A stretch of DNA of 64,000 nt, from NCBI GenBank assembly GCA_018823795.1, contig JAHJGZ010000132.1, forward strand, positions 21,755-85,754. Reading direction: 5' to 3'. Numbering within the stretch: position 1 is the stretch's first letter; each line of letters starts with the position of its first letter. Shown one piece after another: positions 19,426 to 28,717 of this stretch. The position numbers and the translations under genes are program-made. This DNA is from Candidatus Omnitrophota bacterium. Its GTDB lineage: Bacteria > Omnitrophota > Omnitrophia > JAHJGZ01. The notes beneath the pieces are model-generated. The model was not told where the DNA came from. It made no database searches and saw only the letters and a program-made list of their open reading frames with translations.

Positions 19426-19812
19426 TTAGGTATCCGTTCGTATATTAATTTCTTTAAGCTTATATTTACGGGCAAAATCCCACACCTTAATAACAGAACC
19501 AAAAGGGGTATCTTTATCCGCAACGATCGCCACTTTCCCTTTTTCCATCGCTTTAAATATTTTATGTAAGTCGGAAAACATAATATATTTATCATCTAAA
19601 AACAACTCGCTATCTTTCGTAATAGTAATGGTGACAATAGTATCATGAACAGCCTGACTGGTTTGCGCTCGAGGCAATTTCACTTTAATGTTCGTCGTAT
19701 AGACAAAGCGAGATGACAGCATGAAAAATATTAATAAAAGAAAAACAACATCGATTAATGGTGTGATATCGGGTCTGAGCTGGGCCTTTTGAATTTCGTG
19801 ACGAAATTTCAT
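19426..19812 (-). CDS. exbD: biopolymer transport protein ExbD/TolR
   Basis: 128 aa with ITPLIDVVFLLLIFFM. Confidence 0.85.
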   Translation of the reverse strand: MKFRHEIQKAQLRPDITPLIDVVFLLLIFFMLSSRFVYTTNIKVKLPRAQTSQAVHDTIVTITITKDSELFLDDKYIMFSDLHKIFKAMEKGKVAIVADKDTPFGSVIKVWDFARKYKLKEINIRTDT

Positions 19813-19815
19813 ACA

Positions 19816-20430
19816 CTATAAGATAAATGTTAAAACTTTTGTAGCAGCTTTTTCCATATCATGTTTAATTTTTTGAACTCTATGGAATAAATAGTTATAT
19901 GCTACAACCGACGGAATAGCAACGGCAAGTCCAAGCGCAGTGGTAATTAAAGCCGTCCAAATGCCCTGAGCAAGATCTGCAGGAGAGGCTAATCCGGTCG
20001 TTTGAGATTTTTCATAAATGACTTGAAATGCTCTAATCATACCGTTCACCGTTCCCAATAAACCAAGCAGTGGTGAAATGTGTGCTACGGTAGCGATAAT
20101 TCCCAATTTTGATTCCAAGTGAGGGAATTCTTGTAATGCCGCCTCTTCAAGTAAAACAGTCATTTTTTCTCGTGATGTTCCCATATGGGTGAGACCGGTC
20201 TGGACAATTCGAGCAATCGGTGAGTTAGATTCCCTGCAGAGTGTCAGTGCTTGTTTAATATTATCGTGCCGAACAAAACGTTCGATTTTTTCTAAAAAAT
20301 CGTCGCAATCTATTTTATAATTATGAAGGGTGATGAGGCGTTCAATAAAACTACTTAAGGCAAAGATTGAACATAAAAGGATGCAATATACTAAAAATCC
20401 TCCCTTGGTAAATATAGTAACAATTCCCAT
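19816..20430 (-). CDS. exbB: MotA/TolQ/ExbB proton channel protein
   Basis: 204 aa, 3 TM, with the conserved C-terminal GLLGTV.GM..AF motif. Confidence 0.85.
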   Translation of the reverse strand: MGIVTIFTKGGFLVYCILLCSIFALSSFIERLITLHNYKIDCDDFLEKIERFVRHDNIKQALTLCRESNSPIARIVQTGLTHMGTSREKMTVLLEEAALQEFPHLESKLGIIATVAHISPLLGLLGTVNGMIRAFQVIYEKSQTTGLASPADLAQGIWTALITTALGLAVAIPSVVAYNYLFHRVQKIKHDMEKAATKVLTFIL

Positions 20431-20592
20431 AATCTCCTATCTCTTTAAAATATCATGAACGTACATTATACCCGTTACTAACCGAATGAAATTGTTTTAC
20501 CCCGTTTAAAAATGAAATTAACTTATTTCTCAAATCTTTGCCTATATTCTAACATAATGGTATCTCAGAATATAGCATCAATTGTAGCGTCG

Positions 20593-20730
20593 CTCTTTAA
20601 TGGGGTTTACCCCGTTAGAGGATGGGGTGGAAAAGAAGAAAACTAACAATGATGTAACGATTCCGATTACGTTATTATTACGTAAAAAATTATGCGTGCA
20701 TTGCTCTCTAACGGGGTTTACTATAACAAA
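20593..20730 (+). pseudogene. orphan copy of the gspG leader and first codons (start codon lost, truncated)
   Basis: Roughly 75% identical by eye to the gspG 5' region (17345 down to 17215) and includes both repeat arms (20609-20, 20706-17). ATG has become ATT, and the frame ends ...SLTGFTITN*. Confidence 0.6.
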
Positions 20731-20736
20731 TTAACA

Positions 20737-23505
20737 TCAAAGGTTCAAATAATTTTTAAGATATTTACCGGTATACGAACGCGTGGCCCGCACAATCTCT
20801 TCTGGTGTCCCCTGTGCGACAATATATCCTCCCGCCTCACCACCGCCGGGACCAAGATCGATAATATAATCTGCCATTTTAATAACATCCAAATTATGTT
20901 CAATCACAACAACGGTATTGCCGCTGTCACGTAATTTGAGGAGTGCTTTTAATAGATTTTTAATATCATGAAAATGTAATCCTGTTGTCGGTTCATCAAG
21001 AAGATATAATGTTCTCTCTTCATGTTTTTTTGCAAGTTCTGCTGCTAGTTTTACCCGCTGTGCTTCACCTCCCGACAATGTCGTTGATGATTGCCCTAAT
21101 TTAATGTACGCAAGCCCTACCTTGTCTAAGGCAGCAAGTTTTTCTCTTACCAGTGGTATAGATGAAAAAAATTCTAATGCTTCGCGTACCGACATATTTA
21201 AGACTTCGCTAATGTTTTTATTTTTATAGGTAATGGTAAGCGTTTGATCGTTGTAACGCTTGCCATTACATATTTCACACACAACATAAATATCCGGCAT
21301 AAAACTCATGGTCAGTTTCTTAACCCCAGCTCCTTGGCAGGCTTCGCAACGCCCTCCCTTGACATTAAAACTAAATCTTCCTGGCGAATAGCTCCGCAGC
21401 CGTGCGTCGGGAAGCGAAGCAAAAAGTTTTCGAATATGAACAAATAAGTCAATATACGTAGCAGGATTCGATCGAGGGGTACGGCCAATGGAAGATTGGT
21501 CTATTTCAATAACATTATTAATGTGCTCATCACCGCTAATTGCTTCATGTCTGCCAACCGCATAGTGAGTTTTCCACCGCTTATTATGAAGGGCAACCGA
21601 CAGGGTGTCGTGAATAAGTGAACTTTTTCCCGAACCAGAAACACCCGTTATACAGGTGAAAAGACCCAAAGGAATTTTCACATCAATTTCCTTTAAGTTA
21701 TGTTCCGACGCTTTCGTAATAACGATCCACTCACCCTTTTTATAGGGCTTACGATATTGTGGTATGTCAATCTGCATTTCATGACGAAGATACTGTGCCG
21801 TCAGTGAACGAGGACTCTTCATAAATTGTTTCATTGTCCCCTTACCAATAATTTTCCCTCCTTGCTCACCCGCACCTGGCCCCAGATCGACAACAAAGTC
21901 AGCTTTTCGTATTGTTTCTTCATCGTGTTCAACGACAATGACCGTATTACGTAAGTCACGCAATACAAGCAATGTGTTAAGAAGTTTATGGTTATCATGC
22001 GGATGAAGCCCAATGCTTGGTTCATCCAATACATACAAAACCCCTGACAGACCGATACCCACTTGCGCTCCTATTTTAATCCTTTGCATTTCTCCACCGC
22101 CTAAGGTAGCAATGCGTCTGTCTACACTGAGATATCCAACGCCGACATTGACGAGAAATTTCAATCGTTCCCTAATCTCTTTAAGTATCGGTTCTGCAAT
22201 AGATCGTTTCTGTGCTGTTAATTGTAAATGATCAAAAAATCTCTTTACCTTATCGATAGAAAGAGCGCATAGATCGGCAATATGAATTCCCTTCAGCTTT
22301 ACTCCCCTACTTTCATCCTTCAGGCGTGTTCCCTTGCAACATGGACAGATATTTTCATCTATAAACTTCCGTAATTTATTTCGTATATTTTCTGATGATG
22401 TTTTATTCATTTGATCTCGTAATTCATCAAATAATCCGTCCACGTCGTCATTTCCCCAAAAAAAGGCATCTTTGACCTCATCTGATAAATCACTATAGGG
22501 AGTCGAAAGGTCAAATGTGTAAGAGTCCATTAATTCGGTAACTAAATCTTCAATAAAATATTTATTATACGAAAAAAACAGATCGGGATTAAGCGCTCCC
22601 CTCAGAAGCGGTTTGCTTTCATCCTTTATGACCAATGTAGATACAATATTTGAAACCTTTCCTAATCCATGACACACAGTGCAGGCACCATACGGACTGT
22701 TAAAAGAAAACATATTTGGTGTAAATTCACTGTAACTGACAGCACACTCTGGACAACTCATTGTTTCAGAGAACATCAACTGTTTACGGCCCCTCTCTTC
22801 CTGTATCACACATAAACCTCCCGCCATATTTAATGCGGTGTTCAATGAATCAGAGATTCTTTTTTCACTTTGTTTCTCTATTATCACACGATCGATTAAT
22901 ACCTCGATTGAGTGTCGCACATTTTTCTTTATAGTAATTTTGTTATTAACATCATAAAGGGTTCCGTCTATTTTTACTTTTGTAAAACCTTTTTTTCTTA
23001 TTCCTGCGATAAAATCTTTATAGATTCCTTTTCTCCCCCGTACCATTGGCGCGTAAATAGAAATTGGCTTTCCTTTTCCAATGTTTATTGCTGCTCGGAA
23101 TATTTCGTCACGGGTTTGATGCTCGACTTTTCGTCCACATTTAAAGCAAAAGACATCCCCCACTTTCGCATAGAGAAGTCTGAGATAATCATAGATTTCG
23201 GTAACCGTTCCAACCGTTGAACGTGGGTTTTTGCTTATTTGACGCTGCTCAATGGAAATTGCAGGTGAAAGACCTGAGATATAGTCGACATCTGCTTTTT
23301 TCACTTTTTCAAGAAACTGGCGTGAGTACGAAGAAAAACTTTCAAGATACCGTCGTTGGCCTTCAGCATAAATGGTATCAAATGCAAGCGAAGATTTCCC
23401 GGATCCAGAAAGCCCGGTTATAACGATAAACGAATGACGCGGTAGGCGTACATTGATGTTTTTCAAATTATGCTCGCGGGCACCTTTGATCGTAATGTAA
23501 TCCAT
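20737..23505 (-). CDS. uvrA: excinuclease ABC subunit A
   Basis: 922 aa with two ABC modules (GLSGSGKSSLAFDT, GVSGSGKSSL) and Zn-finger cysteines. Confidence 0.97.
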   Translation of the reverse strand: MDYITIKGAREHNLKNINVRLPRHSFIVITGLSGSGKSSLAFDTIYAEGQRRYLESFSSYSRQFLEKVKKADVDYISGLSPAISIEQRQISKNPRSTVGTVTEIYDYLRLLYAKVGDVFCFKCGRKVEHQTRDEIFRAAINIGKGKPISIYAPMVRGRKGIYKDFIAGIRKKGFTKVKIDGTLYDVNNKITIKKNVRHSIEVLIDRVIIEKQSEKRISDSLNTALNMAGGLCVIQEERGRKQLMFSETMSCPECAVSYSEFTPNMFSFNSPYGACTVCHGLGKVSNIVSTLVIKDESKPLLRGALNPDLFFSYNKYFIEDLVTELMDSYTFDLSTPYSDLSDEVKDAFFWGNDDVDGLFDELRDQMNKTSSENIRNKLRKFIDENICPCCKGTRLKDESRGVKLKGIHIADLCALSIDKVKRFFDHLQLTAQKRSIAEPILKEIRERLKFLVNVGVGYLSVDRRIATLGGGEMQRIKIGAQVGIGLSGVLYVLDEPSIGLHPHDNHKLLNTLLVLRDLRNTVIVVEHDEETIRKADFVVDLGPGAGEQGGKIIGKGTMKQFMKSPRSLTAQYLRHEMQIDIPQYRKPYKKGEWIVITKASEHNLKEIDVKIPLGLFTCITGVSGSGKSSLIHDTLSVALHNKRWKTHYAVGRHEAISGDEHINNVIEIDQSSIGRTPRSNPATYIDLFVHIRKLFASLPDARLRSYSPGRFSFNVKGGRCEACQGAGVKKLTMSFMPDIYVVCEICNGKRYNDQTLTITYKNKNISEVLNMSVREALEFFSSIPLVREKLAALDKVGLAYIKLGQSSTTLSGGEAQRVKLAAELAKKHEERTLYLLDEPTTGLHFHDIKNLLKALLKLRDSGNTVVVIEHNLDVIKMADYIIDLGPGGGEAGGYIVAQGTPEEIVRATRSYTGKYLKNYLNL

Positions 23506-23514
23506 ACCGTTCGC

Positions 23515-24330
23515 TTACGTTCCTATTTTCAACGAGGAGAATTTTTTCTTTAGTAATGCCTCTGCAGCAAGTATTGCAAGGTAGCTGGTTTTGGGGTTAG
23601 TAGGAGAGGGAACATTTTCTGTCTTCGTGGTTATTTTTCCAGACGCTCCTTCTACACATATATCATGGCTATTACACGTAAAACTGGGAGATGTTATGAT
23701 TTGAACCTTTGTTTTTTTTGAACCCAAGCTCGCTAAACTCAAAAGAGCGGCTACGTTCACATTTTTAGGGAAATAACGGATTGCTTCTTCTGCACTACCA
23801 CTAAAAACAACCGTTTCTTTTTTTATTGCATCAATATTTATTTTCTTCAATGCAAAATACGGCGCCCCTCTCAATCCTTTAAGCGGTTTACGGGTAGTAA
23901 GTGTTGCTTTCGTAATACCACCACATTGGGCAGCCAATATACCGTCAATGCCACAAATTGCTCCCGAAGGAAGATAGAGCGTCCCTTTTGATTTTTTTCC
24001 TAGTAGCCGTAATTGATGCACTTTTTTTACGAGACCACCGATACTCATAATGAGAACGTCTTTGTTGAGTTTCAAGCAGGAATACGCAATGTCAAACGAA
24101 ACCTTTATCGATGCCGCTTCAATAACAAAATCACTGTGCTGAATAACTGCTTTAGTGGGAGCAATTTTAACACCAGAAGATAGTTTTTTTTGCAAAGAAC
24201 GTGCTTGCAAGACATTACTATCAGCTAAAAAAGCTACACGGATAGTAGGACTAAATTTCTTTTGTATCGTGTGGGCTAAGGCACTGCCGATGGTACCACA
24301 CCCGATTATTCCGACTTTAATTTTTTTCAT
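23515..24330 (-). CDS. nadX: L-aspartate dehydrogenase
   Basis: 271 aa with a KVGIIGCGTIGSALA Rossmann fold, adjacent to nadA. Confidence 0.75.
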   Translation of the reverse strand: MKKIKVGIIGCGTIGSALAHTIQKKFSPTIRVAFLADSNVLQARSLQKKLSSGVKIAPTKAVIQHSDFVIEAASIKVSFDIAYSCLKLNKDVLIMSIGGLVKKVHQLRLLGKKSKGTLYLPSGAICGIDGILAAQCGGITKATLTTRKPLKGLRGAPYFALKKINIDAIKKETVVFSGSAEEAIRYFPKNVNVAALLSLASLGSKKTKVQIITSPSFTCNSHDICVEGASGKITTKTENVPSPTNPKTSYLAILAAEALLKKKFSSLKIGT

Positions 24331-24339
24331 AAAGATTGT

Positions 24340-25302
24340 TTACGTAACTGCTAACATTCTGTCTAAAGCCCCACGAGCTTTTTCACGAAGCACCGTATCT
24401 ACCTGCACTTCATAGACAAGAGTCTCTAATGAATTGAGCACCCATCCAAGCGTGGTAAGTTTCATATTCGCACAGATCAAATGTTTAGAAGGGAGAAAAA
24501 AAAGCTTATCCGGGTTTTCTTTTTTCAAACCATATAACATGCCTTGCTCGGTCGTTATAATAAACTCATTCTTCGGTGATGATTTAATGTACGAAAACAT
24601 CCCCCCCGTACTCGTAACACAATCAGCATGTCGCAAGACTTCTGGTTCACATTCTGGATGAGCTACTAACGCCGCTTCAGGATGTTCTTTTTTCGCTTTC
24701 AATACTTCTTCTTCTGTAACACGCATATGCGTAATACAAAATCCAGGCCAAATGATGATTTCCTTTTCAGGAACATGCTGCGCTACATAACGTGCCAAAT
24801 TTCTATCGGGAAGAAAAATCACTCTTTTTTGTGGAAGACTCTGAACAACTTTAATCGCATTACTGGACGTACAACAAATATCGCTCTCAGCCTTTATTTC
24901 AGCAGCTGAATTCACATAACACACGACCGCTGCATCAGGATATGAAACACGATACTGCCGCAACTTTTCAACAGTAGCCATTTCTGCTAACGGACAGCCT
25001 GCTTCTCTCACCGGAAGAAGCACCAGCTTTTCCGGATTGAGGATTGCAGCACTCTCAGCCATAAAAAGAACTCCACAGAAAACGATTGTCTCTTGTTGAA
25101 TATCTTTGGCCGCACGAGCAAGTGCAAGGGAATCGCCACGGACATCCGCGATATCTTGAATTTCATCACGTTGATAATTATGAGCCAAGATAATGGCATT
25201 GCGTTTTTTCTGGAGTTCTTTAATTTTTGCAGTTACTTTTTTCTTATATTTTTCGTCACTATTAATTTTTTGATCTTCTTTTGAAACAATCATGATTGTC
25301 AC
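24340..25302 (-). CDS. nadA: quinolinate synthase
   Basis: 320 aa; NAIILAHNYQRDEIQDIAD and conserved Cys residues typical of NadA. Confidence 0.9.
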   Translation of the reverse strand: MTIMIVSKEDQKINSDEKYKKKVTAKIKELQKKRNAIILAHNYQRDEIQDIADVRGDSLALARAAKDIQQETIVFCGVLFMAESAAILNPEKLVLLPVREAGCPLAEMATVEKLRQYRVSYPDAAVVCYVNSAAEIKAESDICCTSSNAIKVVQSLPQKRVIFLPDRNLARYVAQHVPEKEIIIWPGFCITHMRVTEEEVLKAKKEHPEAALVAHPECEPEVLRHADCVTSTGGMFSYIKSSPKNEFIITTEQGMLYGLKKENPDKLFFLPSKHLICANMKLTTLGWVLNSLETLVYEVQVDTVLREKARGALDRMLAVT

Positions 25303-25649
25303 CCTTTGGTTTTATTTTTACTATCCACTTTAATTACTGTCGACGTAAATACTTTTGCCTCCTCTTCGGTCATCTGAGCAAAAGACATAATAATAACAAG
25401 TTCGCCTACACTAAAATGGTGAGCAGCAGCACCATTGACACAAATGGTACCAGATCCTGCGCCCCCCTCAATAACATACGTCTCTACACGAGCGCCGTTA
25501 TTTAAGTTTACCACTAACACTTTTTCACCAACTATTAAACGAGCAGCCTTGATGAGCGCTGCATCAATCGTAATACTCCCCTCATATTCTATTTTACTCT
25601 CAGTTACTGTCGCTCTATGAATTTTTGATTTTAAAATACTTACTAACAT
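25299..25649 (-). CDS. panD: aspartate 1-decarboxylase
   Basis: MLVSILKSKIHRATVTE...YEGSITID contains the Gly-Ser self-cleavage site. It overlaps nadA by 4 nt. Confidence 0.92.
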   Translation of the reverse strand: MLVSILKSKIHRATVTESKIEYEGSITIDAALIKAARLIVGEKVLVVNLNNGARVETYVIEGGAGSGTICVNGAAAHHFSVGELVIIMSFAQMTEEEAKVFTSTVIKVDSKNKTKG

Positions 25650-25800
25650 CTTTTTACTCCTTTAATGAGCAGATACTTTACGAAGCATAATATGCGACGT
25701 AAAGCATAGGCCGCTCGGCCGTCTGTGAATTAAACCCCCACACCAATTATCTTAAATAGCTCGTTCTTTATACATACCCCTCACACAATTGGTGTGGGGG
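25650..25800 (-). repeat. intergenic module copy 2 (P1, TTTAATTCA linker, small hairpin, P2, SD of panD)
   Basis: P2 spans 25673-25707. The 14-bp P1 arms are cccccacaccaatt (25735-48) and aattggtgtggggg (25787-800). Confidence 0.75.
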
Positions 25801-25851
25801 TAAGTTCCGACATTACATTTTAGTTTCGCTTTTGCCCATCCATTCCTAACT

Positions 25852-25875
25852 GCTGTCAGGCAGGCGGCGGGCAGC
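25852..25875. repeat. GC-rich palindrome just after the panC stop
   Basis: gctgtcaggcaggcggcgggcagc ends 3 nt from the panC stop codon. Confidence 0.55.
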
Positions 25876-25878
25876 TCA

Positions 25879-26727
25879 CTAAAATGTATCGTCACTTACT
25901 ATAATATTATCAATTAACCTGGTTTTTCCGACATATGCCGCCACACCAACAAACAACTTCCCTTGTATTGTTTCAACATAGTCAAAGTTTTCTGCTCCCA
26001 AAATTGCAATATAATCAATCTTATCCACCTGTTCTTCTATTTTTTTTTTCATCTGAGAAATAATCGCTTGTGGATCTTTTTCTCCTGCTTTTATACATGT
26101 GCGCGCTACAGAAAGTGACTGATAGAGTGATAATGCGCGCACCCGTTCTTGTTGATTTAAATAAACGTTACGGGAACTCATGGCAAGGCCATCATCTTCA
26201 CGCACAATCGGACATACTTTCAACTGTACGGGAATATTCAGGTCCCGTACCATCTGTTGTATAATTAAAAACTGCTGATAATCTTTTTGCCCAAAATACG
26301 CATAATCGGGAAGTACACTATTGAACAACTTACACACAACGGTTGCAACACCTTGAAAATGCCCCGGTCGGGACACGCCGCATAAAAGTTCAGAAAGCTT
26401 GCCGATTTTAATACTGCTTAAAAATGGTGATGGATACATATCGTCAAGCGAAGGACAGAAAATATAATCGACTTTTTCACCTCGCGCATCTTGACAATCC
26501 TTTTTCAAATTCCTCGGATACTGCCTATAATCTTCTTCTGGGCCAAATTGTGTAGGATTAACAAATATGCTGACGATAACAACATCATTTTCTTTCCGCG
26601 CATAACGCATCAAACTCAAATGCCCTTTATGAAAACATCCCATAGTCGGCACAAAACCAATGCGTTTGCCTTTTTTCCTCTGGATCGCTACTATTTTCCG
26701 TAATTGAGCAATAGTTTTAATAACCAT
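25879..26727 (-). CDS. panC: pantoate--beta-alanine ligase
   Basis: 282 aa with PTMGCFHKGHLSL (the HIGH-type motif). Confidence 0.92.
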   Translation of the reverse strand: MVIKTIAQLRKIVAIQRKKGKRIGFVPTMGCFHKGHLSLMRYARKENDVVIVSIFVNPTQFGPEEDYRQYPRNLKKDCQDARGEKVDYIFCPSLDDMYPSPFLSSIKIGKLSELLCGVSRPGHFQGVATVVCKLFNSVLPDYAYFGQKDYQQFLIIQQMVRDLNIPVQLKVCPIVREDDGLAMSSRNVYLNQQERVRALSLYQSLSVARTCIKAGEKDPQAIISQMKKKIEEQVDKIDYIAILGAENFDYVETIQGKLFVGVAAYVGKTRLIDNIIVSDDTF

Positions 26728-26733
26728 ACAACG

Positions 26734-27234
26734 TTATCCTTCTATCCGCAGGACTTTTTGATCGCCTCCGACTCTCTCCTTAAGTTCATGCATCAATGTA
26801 CCGATTGTCTTCTTGCGTACCGGATGAATAAAATCGTGAGCGATATCAGAAAAAGGACAGAGCACAAAAAGACGATCAGTTAAACGCGGATGTGGCACCG
26901 TAAGATAGGTATCATGTAAGATGAGATTATCATAGAACAAAATATCAATATCTATTGCCCGCGGGCCAAAACGTTCTGCTCGTAGCCTTCCCAATGATTT
27001 TTCGATAGATTGAAAACTGTCTAACAAAGAAAGTGGCGCCACGTCGCAACAAATTTCGATAACCTGGTTTAAAAAATCTTCTTGCAATGGCCCTGCTACG
27101 GGTTTCGTTTCGTAGAGCGGAGATTCCTTAATAAGAACACATCTCGTTAATTGTGAAATAGCAATAACGGCCTTCCTCACCGTTTCTGCCCTATTGCCAA
27201 CATTTGAACCTAAGCTGAGAAAAATCCGTGCCAT
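26734..27234 (-). CDS. folK: 2-amino-4-hydroxy-6-hydroxymethyldihydropteridine diphosphokinase
   Basis: MARIFLSLGSN...PRAIDIDIL...TVPHPRL. I preferred the ATG at 27234 over the TTG at 27261. Confidence 0.85.
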   Translation of the reverse strand: MARIFLSLGSNVGNRAETVRKAVIAISQLTRCVLIKESPLYETKPVAGPLQEDFLNQVIEICCDVAPLSLLDSFQSIEKSLGRLRAERFGPRAIDIDILFYDNLILHDTYLTVPHPRLTDRLFVLCPFSDIAHDFIHPVRKKTIGTLMHELKERVGGDQKVLRIEG

Positions 27235-27306
27235 AGTATTATATTTAACCGTAACGGGCAATTCCTGTCTGCCGTCAGGCGCGGCATGAATTGCTCTAAC
27301 CTATCA

Positions 27307-28470
27307 TTACAATTTTATTTTGCGCATTCTCTCTATCACTTGTGGCAATCGTTTTGAATCAATTGTCAGGGCTATACGAAAATATCCTTCGCCCGACGGT
27401 CCAAAACCGTTTCCTGGGGTGACGACGATATGTGCTTCACGTAAAAGTTTCATACAGAAATCAGCAGAGGTATACGGACGCGGAACTTTAATCCACAAAT
27501 AAAAAGTAGCCTGCGGTACTTGTAATTCATAACCTAAAGATTGCAACCCTTCAACGAGGATATCACGCCGTTGTTTATAAATTGCCAGATTTTTTTCAAC
27601 AGTCGCAGCCCCTTCTCTTAAAGCTCGTATGCCTGCATATTGAATAGCCTGAAAGACCCCGGAATCGATATTAGCTTTTACCTTTGATAATAATCGAATG
27701 AGTTCTTTGTTCCCATAGGCAAACCCGATACGCCAGCCGGTCATATTATAGGTTTTTGATAAAGAATGAAATTCTATTGCGCTATCCTTTGCCCCATTAA
27801 TTTGCATAATGCTCAATGGGGTAAATCCATCAAAGGTCATTTCACTATATGCAAGGTCACTGCAAATAATGATATTATATTTTTTTGCAATGCGTACTGC
27901 ATCCTCATAAAATCCTTTTGTCGCACATGCAGACGTCGGATTGTTGGGATAATTCAGATATAACAGTTTTGCTCTCGTAAGAGAACCCTCAGAAAGTTTG
28001 CTCAGATCAGGTAAAAACGAATTTTCTGCTCGTAATGGCATCAATTCAAACTCACCACCGGCAAAGAGAACACCTGATTTATAAGGCGGATAACAGGGAT
28101 CAGGAATAAGCGCAAGGTCCCCTTCATTGATAATAGCTAATGGAAAATGTGCAATAGCTTCTTTCGACCCAATGGTAGGCAGTATTTCTGTTGCACTATC
28201 CATTTCAATATTAAATCTCATTTTGAGCCAGCGTGCAATCTCCTGTCGCAATTCCGGAATACCTTGATCAAGGGCATAGCGCTGGTTTATCTGAATTCGT
28301 GCTTGCCGGTTGAGTTCATCGATAATAAATTCAGGCGTGTTAAGATCGGGATCCCCTACTCCCAAATCAATAATATCATGTCCTTTACTTCGTGCTTCTC
28401 TCTTTAAACGATCTATTTCTATAAATAGATATGGTGGTAACTTTTGAAGTCGTTCGGAAGATTCATGCAT
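27307..28470 (-). CDS. class I/II aminotransferase (LL-diaminopimelate aminotransferase-like)
   Basis: 387 aa with LPPYLFIEIDRLK..DIIDLGVGDPD and the PLP lysine region SLSKTYNMTGWR. Confidence 0.75.
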   Translation of the reverse strand: MHESSERLQKLPPYLFIEIDRLKREARSKGHDIIDLGVGDPDLNTPEFIIDELNRQARIQINQRYALDQGIPELRQEIARWLKMRFNIEMDSATEILPTIGSKEAIAHFPLAIINEGDLALIPDPCYPPYKSGVLFAGGEFELMPLRAENSFLPDLSKLSEGSLTRAKLLYLNYPNNPTSACATKGFYEDAVRIAKKYNIIICSDLAYSEMTFDGFTPLSIMQINGAKDSAIEFHSLSKTYNMTGWRIGFAYGNKELIRLLSKVKANIDSGVFQAIQYAGIRALREGAATVEKNLAIYKQRRDILVEGLQSLGYELQVPQATFYLWIKVPRPYTSADFCMKLLREAHIVVTPGNGFGPSGEGYFRIALTIDSKRLPQVIERMRKIKL

Positions 28471-28717
28471 AATCAGCCTCCATAATTCGTATTCAGTAAG
28501 TTAATTAAGTTTAGTCGGTTAAGGAAGTTACAGTATGCAAATCACCACTCATTATCCGACTGAAAGGCTGGATTATAACAGAGGTCTATAGGCATGTCAA
28601 GAAATGCGGTATGAGTTAAAAATGCTGATAATGATTACGTAAAAGAAAGTACCGGTATGTTACGCAGCGTGTTGCTTTGTTAAAATAAGGCAATGTATGA
28701 GGACAGAGATAAAACCA

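Noticed and set aside
19426-20430. An incomplete TonB system (exbB-exbD without tonB) as an anomaly
   Set aside because: tonB or tolA partners are frequently encoded elsewhere. Nothing in the sequence itself is unusual.
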